The notes under the pieces are model-generated. The model saw only the letters and a program-made list of their open reading frames with translations. It was not told where the DNA came from and did no database searches. A program made the translations under genes and the position numbers. From Lingula anatina (lineage: Eukaryota; Animalia; Brachiopoda): DNA of 64,000 nucleotides. This document shows positions 44,126 through 57,200 of the stretch, in pieces (the first letter of the stretch is position 1; each line of letters starts with the position of its first letter). The stretch spans positions 24,246,848 to 24,310,847 of the forward strand of contig CM120643.1 of the NCBI GenBank assembly GCA_051362555.1. Reading direction: 5' to 3'.

Positions 44126-47100
44126 AATATATATATATATATGACATGGACTGTATTAGCCGGTGCAGATACTGGCGCCTTTATACTGACTGATTTTGTA
44201 AAACTTCTAGTACATAATACTGAAAAGACTTATGTAAATGTCTAAGGGCACTACTTTTGCATGATTACGAAAGAAGTTTAGGATACCTGTGCTCGCGACA
44301 TTTCAATTGGCTCTTTGAATACAATCCAATTCACGGATTCATAGCATGGTGGTGTTGTAAGGGACCCACTATATGTCCAATAGGCAGTGGTATTCTCTAA
44401 ATAAAATAAGATCAGACAAACCATTATAAAGGACATATTGATTAATGTGATCCTCTTGCAAGGGTCTGGTTGATTGAAACTATTTGTCGACAGAAAAAGG
44501 GGACTTTAAAAATCTCATATTATCTGTGGTAATTACTCATGAATATCAATTTTATAAATTTTAATTTAAAAGAGAGGTGGCACATATTCGATAGTTTTAT
44601 CACGTGTAAGTACGTCACCATTGTGTTATTACGTCACAAAAGACATAACGTCGCAAAAACCCACTTGGCAGCAAGGCCGTCAGCTGCATATTGTCGTTAT
44701 CAGCTAACTTCTTCTCATCCCCGGCATATTTGATCTCACTGCAGTACCTAAGAGACTTCTGAAGCTCCGAGTGTTCCTGGCCGACCTTAATCAGCATCCC
44801 TAGAACGGCCAGACCACCCTGAGCCGAGGCTGCCTCGGAGAATGAGGCCCCTTTATCCTTGGTCCAGTGAACAATGTGGAGCTAGAAAGAATTATATATA
44901 GATAGTAAATTCAATCTGTGTGTGTTATGTGTTGAAATAACCGAGTATATGGTCTTTGTCTGCCCGTGTTAGGATCCAATGTCGATGTCTCCTATGTCTG
45001 TGAAAAACATGCATCTTTATCTGTTTACAAATAATTTTCTTTTTGGCAAACTGGATTGCCAACACCAAATACGCACGGTTATATATTTTTAAAAAATGTC
45101 TGTCGAAATTTTTAGTTTGTTTGTTTCTTGTTAATACGCAAAGAGTCGAAATATCTGTCAGCCAGTGAGATTTGAACCGTCAGCGGGTATACTTTTGCAA
45201 GTAGGGGGTAACGTGATAAACATGTGTTTATCGAAATTTGTACTTCTCATGTTAATTCCTTACAATCATCAAATATTTGCCAGCTGTGCTCAACTCTTAG
45301 TCATTGAACAGAATTTCCCAGACGCTTGACCTAGGCAGACAGGAGGCCTACAAGGCTAAATTACATAAAATGCTTTACTCTGCATATCCTTATATAAACT
45401 GTTTGCACACAATGTGTCATATTTAACACCGTTTTAAAGTCCCAACATTTTTACTTTACATCCTCCTCTGTAGCACCTCACAAAAATCCATTACATTTCA
45501 CCTTATGTGGTTATCTTAACATTTCACAATAACGATATTGTAAGCTGGCAGTGTGACAATTATTTCTTTTTCCAACCTTCTTACACCAGAACAAACATTG
45601 TTCACTTAATAAAAGTATCCATATGTAAAATTAAAATAAGTGCAGTGAAATCACATATAAGATGCAAGCTCACAAAGGCACACGAAATTGTACGACGATT
45701 CTCGAACCATAACCACGTGCACCGCGTGCGTACCTCTGCGGAGTAATTCTGCCCTTCCACCGTGTGCTCTGAGCCCCTGTCGTCCTCTTTGCCCCAGTGA
45801 AAGTGAAATTGGATCGGCTTGAAGTGGCTGGTGAGAGGTCCGCCTGACAGACCTGGTGAAACACAACATACGTGACTAAATGACGGAAACTTGTATGTTG
45901 AAACGGTGTTCATGCTGACATTTTAAAAAAGAATTGGAAACATACATGTAAGAAATAGATAGGCATCTGTTTCATAAAACTGTTTTCATTCTTTTCATAT
46001 ATATGGATTTTTTTTAAACTAAATCAGAAGTATTACGAACAAGATAACCTTTTTTGAACTTATATGCTAGTCTAAATGAATCATAATATCGTAAAATAAA
46101 TAAATAGAGGCAGGTTGGGAAGTACAATGGAATAGATGCTGATGGTACCAAGAGTTCGCCTCTAGTTTTGTCTTGTCTTTTCGTTATTTGAAGCTAAGGT
46201 GGTGCCCCACTGAACCAGACAAAACATCTCCGAAATTCAGAGATTCCAGATCCATGATTCTGAAGAGTTAGAGGTTAACAAGGCACACGATTCAAGGATA
46301 TCGCTAGGGTAAATGTTTGCCATTTCTTGCTTGGTTAGGCATGGTAATTACATAGAAGAAAAGTTATTTAAAGGTACTGGGTGAAAATACCACACCTAAC
46401 ACCATGAGGAGAATGGTGAAAGGTCTTTTTTTAATAAACCAGTTATTCTCTGTTAAATATTGATTAAGTACCCGTCTGAATTACATGTTATAATGTTGAA
46501 AATTGTTTTGTTGTATCGAATGATGATGGTTAGCAGACGTTAGTAGATAAACGTCAAATTACCCTGCAAGATGTTAGATATTATATGTGAATATGAAACA
46601 TTTAGTATGCAATTAACGTGATAAACATAAACACACGAACTGTGCAATTTTTGTGAAAAAAATACTTTAAAAAAATTCAAAGATAAAATCGCTAACACAA
46701 TTATTATCAGGCAATTTAAAATCCATACAAACTACAACAAAAATCATGCGTAAGCGTGCAACTGGGCGCGCTAAACATTCATTGATAAACCAATGCAAAA
46801 TACAAATCAAGACAACAAATATAAACGGCTTACTGTTGGTCCTAGCCTTCTGGTTGTCCACTATATAAGGAGCTAGCAGAAATGGAAACAAATCATTCCA
46901 AGCTTAAAGCACAGCATACAACAACAATGATGTATTCACAACGACAAAGCCAAAACCATCGCTCAACCAGTTTCATGAAGTCACCAACCCAGCACAATGC
47001 CACCTGAATGGATCGCGTGAAACGCCCGATTCACACAGTTAAACTTTAAGAGGACTGCTGCTGGGTGACAGTTTTGAAAAACTCCTCCCTAGCCAATGAG

Positions 47101-47505
47101 AGCATGTAAACTGGTTAACCTTTGTCAATGTGTCAACGCACATACGAAATCATAGAATAAAGGTAGAATCAAATACTAAAGACACGCAGGCTAAGCAAGA
47201 AAAATTACAATATGTAGGTTAATCATAAATTACAAGATGATGAAAAAAAGCTTTAGCATAATCATCGCTGATTATACAAATTCAATCATGCAATAATACA
47301 TTTGCACATTAAAATGAAAAGAAAAGATTAAATGTTTTATCCAAAAAGACACAAGTTTTAGGGCGAAAAAATCTATGTATGCACACTGTTCGGAATTCAA
47401 GACAAGACTCTCCTTGCGAAATCTTCGATTTGAGTCTCCAGCATCGAAATCGACACAGTAGAGAAGGGGAGTTTGTTTTGTGACGTGTACTAAACAAAAC
47501 CCAGC

Positions 47506-47563
<58 letters not shown>

Positions 47564-49243
47564 AGTTATAAACTTGTGTCATTTTGTCAAAAAACACCAA
47601 TCCCATTTATAAGAGTGATACATATAAAATATATTACTTGTAAAATAACGAACATAAAATAAACGCAGATCAAACAAAACAGCCAATCTGGCAGACATGC
47701 AGACCATATAGAACAAAGGGAAATAAATGCACTTTAAAAACGCTTCAACATACTGTTGTCTCCGTCTTGGTCGATGTCCACCTTAAAGGAATACCCGGTG
47801 TTCGAGATGTTTGTGCACCTGGCGGTGGGGTAGTTGAACACTAGAGGGCGTGCCGCCAGCTCGCTGTCAACTACAGTGTCTTTGAGGTCTATCGGCGACT
47901 GGCAATCTCCCGCAGCGTGCTGGAAAGATTGGCCCCAGGTTGCGGGTCCTGTAAATGACATATCTTTGAGAAAGATAGTTGTGTATATACAAGAATATTG
48001 ATAATATAATAGTAAATGCATTCAATTGTAAGGTGACGTGAAATAAGGGGGAGCACTTACGAATCTCGATACTGAATAGAAATAAGATAATATAGCAGTT
48101 AGCACAGTGACTTAAGAAATATCACAAACAAAAAAATACACGTTTCACCTATAATTGATGCAAACTATACATAAAATCCCCTCTTACTATTTAAAGTATC
48201 GCGATGTGCACACAGTCAACACTAATTTCCATACATTACAACTTTAATTTTTATGATGACTGAGAAGTAACATATCAACTACTTCTGGTAGGAAATAACG
48301 CTAGGCGTGACAGAACTGCTCTAAAGCCCCCTTTACACTGGACGGCGTCCTTTCTGCGTCCAGCAGTACGGCACCATTTGAGAGTTAAAAAATTATAATA
48401 CTTTACGTGCCGACAACCAGGGCCGTAGCCTCCGGGGGGGCAGGGGGGCAGCTGCCCCCCCCCCCCCCTGGAAATTGGGGTGCAAAAAAAAAATAATCGC
48501 AAAGGTAAAAAAAAATAATTGCAAAGTTGGTATTAATTCTGTGAGAAAAGGCACTCATGGCCACTAGACAATCATTCAACAATCTGTTTACAAAGGTGTA
48601 CTGTTTTTAGACAACTCAGTTCATGCCAAAAAGCTCACCCTCCCTGAGGGAGCTATCCCCCAGGCCAATTGGCGTGTTGTGTTGAAAAAATGACTGTACT
48701 TGTGGCAAAATGAACCCACAATTTCTGACTTCTGATTGACCAATAAATAACAGTTAAAATGCACCAGAATGCAGTATGATTCATACAGTTTTTAAAAATT
48801 TTCCACACCGTGGGAGGGGGACACCCCCTCCCCCCTCGGGGGCTTCGCCCCCTCGTGTCCGCTTACTGCCCCCCCTGGCATTTCGCTCAAGCTACGGCCC
48901 TGGACAACTGGTCGATCATTGAGCATTCATTCCGATACAAAATCAATGCTCGTGCCTCCTTATTAAGACCAGACCGATGCCAAATTTCATGGTCGCAGAA
49001 AGGACGCCGTCCAGTGTTAAGGGGGTATAAGTGATGACAGGTCGGTGACATTTTTCCTTTTACTCTTTTCTTTTATCGCTCTATTTTTCTTTTTTTTTTT
49101 TTTTTTTTTTTTGCTTTTGACTCTGAAATGATGAAATTCACTAAGCATGCATTCAAGTTTTCAAGTTTTCTACATCGCTTATAGCATGGCGAAACACATT
49201 AGAACAAGCAGCTTCACCTCCCCCCTCCCCCCCCCCCCACACC

Positions 49244-49280
<37 letters not shown>

Positions 49281-51278
49281 TCCCCCTCTATGCGAAACAT
49301 ATTTCCACTGCTATGCTCATACTGGTAAGATCATCGTCAAAAGCGTGACTGGAGAACGCGCTTTAACAGACGTGAAATGTGCTATCCTAAGAGAAAGAAA
49401 CAGTAATCGTCAGGTCGTCTGTTGCTGTTCGTTTTCTTTGTGAACGCCCAGGTGTTCTTTAAATCAGACGAAGTATGAGATTTCCACACCCTCAGTTTCA
49501 AGACATTCAAAGGTTACAAGAAGCGCGTGGCGAGATGTACAGTGGTGATGCCATGTTTAGGGACGCGCAGGGTGATCTTTCCCTACAAACACGTGCCTTA
49601 AAGGTGCCCCGAAATGAATCGTTTCACGGTCAAAGGTCGACGCGTTAAAAAAATGACCTGACATTTCGTTGTTCAGGTCAAGCTAGCAGACGATATGGAT
49701 CTGGTTTAGTTTACCGCCACGGGAGACGGGGTTTGTTTTTGATACCTTTCTTAAAAAGTACATTAACTAGGACTTGATACATTTCAATTCACAGGAAAAT
49801 ATAATGAGTAAGACCAAAAATAAGAATTGATATGCAAGGTGTATGGAATAAATGAAACAGTAGATATCTTCCAGATGTTACTTGTAATTATATACATGAG
49901 AAACGTAAATAATTAGTGTAGTATTCCTTACCAACTGTCATCCAAGAACAACCCCCGGCAACGTAAAAAGAAAATGATAAAAAATTGATTAAAAAGAAAA
50001 CAATTCCCCTTTGCAGTTGCAGTATCTTGTACACGTAGCCCGCTAAACTTAATACGAAAACCAGAACTTTTGGGGTCAAAGATGAAAGGTGCAGATTTAC
50101 AGCTAAATCGGAATTTCTCATGTAAAAAATGAACTAAAGAAAAAAAGGCACGTTCAAATTGGCGTAAAGCGAATGCAATTTATCATAGCTAAACCCGTAT
50201 CGAATATAATCAACTCACTGAAAAGTGCGGGTGGTAAACAAGTGCACGGGACTTAAAGGTGAAAATTAACGCAATAGCTCCCAGTTGATGAAAGTGAATA
50301 TAACACCACTTGCCTAAAATCCTGCTATATAGAAGAAAAAACATTCGTATACGATAGCCAAAGTAGCGCCAACTGAGCCGTTCTGGTAATACTCATTTTC
50401 CGTGCCCTGATATGGACAAGCTCGTCGTAGCCGAGACAGACGTGGTTTGGTTGCAGTCCAAAAACGCTGCCCGAATACACAACTAAGGGGCTGTTTCTTT
50501 TTCTTAATTCGCTTGTATTTCTCGATTTTTTAAACCTTCCTGTCGGAAAAAAACTTAACACTTTTCATGTTACACTTTTTCTGTGCATTTTGGCATTTCA
50601 CATCTGCTAGAACGTTTTTCGTCGCGAAAGTAAAATTCAAAGTTACATCATTTGGAAATTCCTTTCTCGCACTTTCCCTTTCGATCACAATGTCAAACCC
50701 CATGACATTAACATTGTAGAATAATCTTTTCTACGCCTGGAGACTAAAATTTTCAGGCCAGCACCGTGTCAGCCTCTGACATAACTTCACATCTCCTGAC
50801 AACCGTAATCTATAGAAAATGAGCAAGTCCTACCGTCAAACAGCGAAGTTCCGTGTGTCGCCCAATATTACATCAATAGAATCGTTACATCTTTGTTTGA
50901 ACTTGACTTTGAAGGGCGATGCTGTCTGCCATTTCTCTGTTTTGTTACATATAGCTTTGAAACTGAAGAGATACATTTAGCCTGTCATTATAAAGCATTA
51001 TACAATTACCGTAGATGAGCTGTGGTTCTGTCACTGCACATAACAATATTCAGAACTCAATTACGACAGATGTGAAGTAAACAGAACGAAAACCTAACTT
51101 TACAACAAAAGACAAAATGACTATAATCAGTAAAAATGTCTATATTTGTCAAGATAACTACATGGTCTGTGAGAGCAATTTTTGTTGTAACTGTAAAATG
51201 ATATAATAATGTCACTGTAACGGTTTATTACCCGGTGTTTTCATGCACTAACTGTGCAGACTTGAGCCGTGAGGTTCG

Positions 51279-51327
<49 letters not shown>

Positions 51328-52337
51328 ATAATCTTAAGACTGGGGCTAGATCCGACGCTGCGGAATAGAAAAGACTCATCACATCATAATTTTTAGGATG
51401 ATGAGTCTTACTGAATATTTGATATATATTTTTTTTATCCCTAAGGCCATAGCATTTAATACAGGCGACAATTTGATATATTGTTATTATTGTTAAAATA
51501 ATTTGGATGGTGGGGTTATACAATGAAAGCGGCCTTGTTTGGCCAAATCTCGAACAATCGATATTCTCCGTTGCCTTCTTTCTTGTTATGAATGGAACTG
51601 TGAAAGTTTGTGGTACACTGGGATGGAGGAGACATAAAATTTATTGTACCTATGCCTGGTCTTCCTACTGACCACCGCCCACCGACCAGTCAAGGTCAAA
51701 TCCACCTTCCACACCTGTGTCTCAACGAAGTCACCCGTAAGCCACTTGCTTCGTTTTAAGAGTATTCACAGGGGAAGGGTGCAGGATATGTCCTCCGTGC
51801 ATTACTGGTTATCTCGCGGGTGACAAATTAAGGGGAGGCCCAGCAAATTTGATATCTTTTCAGCGACAAAATATGCGATATTAAATACCCATTGATATTT
51901 GCCTATTGTAAAAAACATATGCGGATTTGTTACTGTATGTTATTTACCGTGGCAGATATTAGTCATGGTTTGGGGGGTGTGCAATGGTGTGCAGGATCAC
52001 GTGCAATCCCAGGTGCGTAATTGTTTACCGATATGCTTGTGCTTGAACAGTCTTGGAAATTAAATTTTAAATGCCATTTGGGAATTTTCTTTACTGAGCC
52101 GTAGGGACAAATCAGCCTCCGCGATGGAAAAAATAAGTCAAAATTATTGATGCGCTTATCTAAATGAACATTTCTGACAAATTCTCCAAAAGTATTTTTA
52201 AAACAGTTTAATTATTTGCAAGTTTTCAAAAGTTTTTCCATTCACATTTTTGCAAAACCGTAGCCAACCTCTACAAGGTGAATAAAGCCTGTCATAACAT
52301 GAATAGCGTCATTATTGAACCGAACACCCCCAAAGAA

Positions 52338-52381
<44 letters not shown>

Positions 52382-53302
52382 GCATTTGTTTTCATTTATA
52401 TCGGACTGTGAAACGCACTTGTCGTAAGGCATGTTCGAGACTCCTAACAACGGGGAAATTTGCTTCCGTTTTAATCAGTCCTCCTCCTTATCTTTTGGGA
52501 AAACACCCATACCATCTATTATCTAACATTTTATCACTAAACTGACGATATTAACTCGGCTTAGCACGGATGGATCGATTAGCACCCATTAATATTACAT
52601 TATGAGCAGAGGAAAAGCGTCAGTATTCAAATGTCTGGGGTATAAACGCTTAATGTAATACGTAACATTAGTTTGAATATATTGAAATATTAGAACGTGT
52701 TATTGATAAATGGTAGGCCTACACTATGTAATACTTTGAACACAGCGATGAGGAGCTAGGTTTTTAAACAAATTATTAGTATTATTATTATTTACTCTTT
52801 TGTAATTATTACACGCAGAATATCAATCATTTATAAAAGGCAATAAGGACGGTCAATATTATAATTCTAAAACGCGCAGCTTTCCTTTTGAGAGTTTCAA
52901 ATAGAACTACACAGAGGGGAACCAGGTGACTGCATCTTTCAATGTATCTGACTATGCATATATGACATACCGAATATCTAAATCAGCGAAGAAAAAAAGT
53001 AGACGAAGACCTGAGCTGATCTGAACTGATGTCCGTACTGAATTCTGATCAAATCGTGAAGCGGAATAGATCTTGTTAACCGTTAAAACTAGGTCAGGCT
53101 CATCCACCGGTCTTTGTATCATTTGTTAAAAATCAATAACCAGAAGTACGCGAGTCCTGTACTATTTCGTGATGTGAACTTAACAGACACGTTACCCGGT
53201 TTACACTACTGTTTGTCGTCATCATAATCATATAAACAGATGTGGTGAGCAGTATTATATGGAAATTATCAACATGACGTTCTTTAGGTTTGTTGTCAGT
53301 AC

Positions 53303-53335
<33 letters not shown>

Positions 53336-53757
53336 TCGAGAGAGAGAGAGGGAGAGAGAGGGAGGGAGATTCAAAAATAGAAACGGCTACAGCACGGCAC
53401 TGAAGTATATATAGAGAGAGAGGGTTGGCAGAAAGAAAAGACAGAGGTGGGCAGTTTAGGAACGGTCAGAAATCACCGTTCATCAGCATATAGCTTCTAC
53501 GTACATTCAGGGGTCGAAGTCAATGTCAAAACCAGACTGTGTGTCAAATGTTACCTTACATGTCTTATCGTGACCCCTTCTAAAAGGTCTCTGATAAATA
53601 TTGCTGTCAACCTGCTATCAGTGATCAGAACGGCAAAGACCATATATAAGCTAAGCTTTGTATGGAGCAACTGCCTGTGAATGTGAACAGTAATCTGGTA
53701 ACAGTGTGTAAAAGTGGTCCACTCACCGTTATTTTTTCCGTAACCCCAGGACGTCAT
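43590..53757 (-). CDS. Cytosolic alpha-carbonic anhydrase (CA1/CA2/CA7-like), 6 coding exons, ~269 aa
   Basis: Exons 53757-53727 ([11 protein letters not shown]), 47948-47754 (PATW...QSPID...NTGYS), 45852-45734 (QFHFHWG...GSEHT), 44881-44665 (LHIVHW...GLAVLG), 44396-44287 ([21 protein letters not shown]), 43727-43590 (DNYRPPQPL...KCCQ*). All three Zn-binding histidines are present; no signal peptide. Confidence 0.93.
48325..49027. mobile_element. Harbinger-type MITE (TAA TSD) in carbonic anhydrase intron 1, hosting a nested MITE
   Basis: TIRs CCCCCTTTACACTGGACGGCGTCCTTTCTGCG / CGCAGAAAGGACGCCGTCCAGTGTTAAGGGGG; TAA at 48322-48324 and 49028-49030. Confidence 0.75.
48418..48902. mobile_element. 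Nested hAT-like MITE with a 6-bp TSD
   Basis: TIR CAGGGCCGTAGC / GCTACGGCCCTG; GACAAC duplicated at 48412-48417 and 48903-48908; G/C-run subterminal motifs. Confidence 0.8.
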
Positions 53758-54242
53758 CTCTTCTTCTTGTTGTCGATCAAAATGTGTCAGCTGCTTGTCG
53801 ACTGAATTACCTCGGCCTTCAGTTTCCGTATGCGTGTTCAATAACCGCTTCGCCTAAAATACCAAACAACGCACATCAACATTGTAAAGATGCTGTAGAG
53901 GCCGAAAAATTGATTTCTTGGGCATTAGTACGATGCATAAATAGACAATCGTCACAATATTTTGCATTGCAACTGCTAATACAATGATAACTGCTAGCCG
54001 GCGGATTCAATCAGTAAACTCTACAGCACACTGCTCCGATCGATAAAGTCGAACTTGATAGATACTCAAATATTAACAGAATCCTCTTCTTCAACTTCGT
54101 GAAAACTGGCCTTGACACCGGTAAGATGAAAAAAAAAAAGCTTGACGATCGATGGACAATAAATGATTTGTGAATAAGCCCTGATACCTGTTGAGTGCAG
54201 CGCTCTTCGACTAGCGGTTGGCTCCCAAGTTATCGAAGTAAT

Positions 54243-54283
54243 CACGTGTGCCGAGAGAGCGAGCTCTCGTGAGTTTATAACCC
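54243..54283 (-). promoter_or_regulatory. Possible carbonic anhydrase core promoter
   Basis: Minus-strand TATAAA (54279-54274) in CpG-rich context ~520 bp upstream of the ATG, CACGTG at 54243-54248, and a possible donor CAG|GTATCA at ~54188. Confidence 0.25.
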
Positions 54284-57200
54284 CATGATTTACCAGGCTC
54301 TGGCAACCTGAGCCGATCGCTGGAAGTTCATTGGTTGAGAGAACACGCACTGCTACTGGGCTCATTTGAGGGAAAGAAGGTGGTAACTAGGCAACCGAGT
54401 CTCTATTATTTATAAGAAAAACCCTGAACTCATATCAGGATCAGCTATGATCGCTCCAGTTTTGCTTACTGCTGACTTTCAGCAAAATGAATTGATTAGT
54501 ATGCATAAAAATTATGCATACTAATTGATTAGTATGCATAAAAATAGTAGTAATAATATTAATAATATGACAACAATGGCATAAATTTTGAATAGAGAAT
54601 AACTTATCTGCATTTTCAAAAAATCAGGAATACACAAAAATAGATCATGTTCTAATCCAGTAAAAGGTATGCATGCTCTGCGTTCGTCTGAATTAAAACG
54701 CGTGTAATATTTTTGCATTGGCTTCTAATTTGTTAAATATATGAATATTAACACACACCACCTTGTTATAGTAGGCAAATGTATTCTAATGGGCTGATGC
54801 TCAGGTCACATCATTTCTACAGTATAACTGATGCTAACGCCGACAATGAAAAAGAGTAAGAAGAAAAATCTTAAATAACAACTTGTGCAGGAGAGGCCTA
54901 ACTCAATGTAGATAACCTAGTACCGATTGTCTCTCTTAATTGCCGAGAAAAGATTAAATTATCGTACAGGCTGGGTAGTACATGTAAAAGAAAGTGAAAA
55001 CCGTGCAGGAAAAAGCCATTAGTATTATAAATACTTAGTATGTATCAGTATTATTGAATGCAGATTACGTGTGGCGGTGAGTTTTAGTGTACCACTGCTA
55101 TCTTTGTGGCGGTTATCGATGATAACATGTGTGTGTTTGCTGGACATTTTAGGACAGTCGAATAAATTTATATAGGTCTATGTATGATACATCTTGTAAA
55201 ACGTTTCAGTGCCGATAAGGTGTAATATACTGATCGTGCTTATCCATACCTCGTTTAATTTATATTCGTTTTTCTGATGGTTTCACACCATCTGTTTATT
55301 CTTTCCTTGAGCAAAATAAGTGTCTAATTAGCTTCATTGGGTCTTACGTAAAACTAAGATCTAATAAACTGTTTATTAGATCTTAGCGTAAAAACACTGA
55401 AAAAAAAAGCATTTGAATGATCAAGTCAGCAGAGAAGCTAGACGAAATTACCGAACCAAGGTATTCAAAGCATCAATGCAAGGTGAACTTTCTTTCAACA
55501 GAATAAGGGCGTGTGGTGCCAAATATATTTACTGGGATATAATTTATACATAACAGACAAGCTACGTCATATTACCACATAATAAAACTGTGTAAAATCT
55601 TTAACAGAAGTGACTCGTTCTAAAAAAAAAGACATTCATATTAAGCGTGATGAACTGTCATGCGGGTTTCATATAACCTCATACATATAATACATTATAC
55701 ACATATTCAGTAGAACACTGGGTTCACTCGGAACAAAATAAACAAAGTTAAATGAAATGTTTCGTATTCTGTCAGACTCTGCTATAAGAGTCTGTCATCT
55801 CGTTGTTGTAGTATTATTGGTTGTTATTGGAATTGTTTTGATGGGTGCGGGTTGTATTTATTTATTTATCTTATTATTATTATTTGCTTATCGTTTTCTT
55901 ATTATCCTTGCATGCTCTTAAACACTAGAAAAATTAAAAACACAGCACCAATAACGGGCTATAAGCATACGGCACGAAACGTTCACTACCCGATACGGAA
56001 ATTCGTGAATCGTCTAGTGGCACATGCCTGACGCTGAGTGCAAGCGCCCTTATCGACGTTGCTGACACCGTCAGCCGCATTTGGAGGTAACGCAATCCAC
56101 AGTAGTTTGGCGAACTATACTTGGGATCAAGTTAAAGGCAAAGCACATAAGTTCACAATGTGTCGGCTAAAGATAGTGCGTCAGACAGCGTGGCGTTTGA
56201 CCTGCTTTTGTTTTATCACCGTGATATATATTTATATATAAGACTAATCCGGCAGTGCTTGAAGCGAAGGCGTATCAAACTGTATCCTTTCTTTATTCAG
56301 CTCATCATTTTGGTACATGTAAATGTACCTTATCCAAAATAAATACGACCTAAGAAAAATTATATTTTACAATTAACTTACTCCTTTAAAATCATAATTT
56401 ATAAATTTATTTTGTATTGCATTATAACTTATGTGCAGTAAACTCCCCTCCAAAGAAACGGCATGCCTTATTTAATTTAAAATCAAAAATGCTAATTTTT
56501 AAAAATCCCATATGGAGATTATGTAATTTCAAAATTTGACTTACTTTCTTTTAAAGCAAACTTGCTTGTTTGCTTGTTTGTCAACGTTTGTTTATGTTAT
56601 ATTGGGGGCAAGATAGGAAGTTAATAGCTAAAAGAAGAAAATGTCGGATTACAAAACCAAAAACAAGGTATCCAAGCAGAGCAGGAAGTCTTACCCGATA
56701 TTTTGACGTGAGGATCTAGACCGATCGAATGCTGTGTTTTGCTGAACCACAGGAGAAGCAGGGGAAGCGCCTTGTTTACCAGTTTTGTCATCATTTGTAG
56801 GTTATTGTGTCACTGCAACCACCCTTAGTGAAATTGAAAAAAATATACAACACACTGCACAGTTTCAAGTTTTGGTCGATTTAATAGAATTTTTGCTGTT
56901 TTTATCTAACCAGTTATAATAGATCATCAATCACTCAGAGGTCACTGACATACTAAATATTAATTGATTGATTGGTCAGTCTGTTTCTCTGCCATGTCAC
57001 CTCCTGTATAACGAAGTTTTTTTTTTTTTCAAAATCACACTTTAGTCGTTACGTGATTTGAACCTTAAAAATCACAATGGCGTAGTTATTGGTTGAACAT
57101 TTTGAAAACCTGATTGAAAAACGAATTAACCCCCCTCCCCCACACACACACACACACACACACACAAAACCCCGGTACTTCTGGTCCATCAAATCTGGTG

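Noticed and set aside
51281-52140. Poly-T tract followed by a possible retro- or DNA element
   Set aside because: I could not define matching termini, a TSD or a coding remnant.
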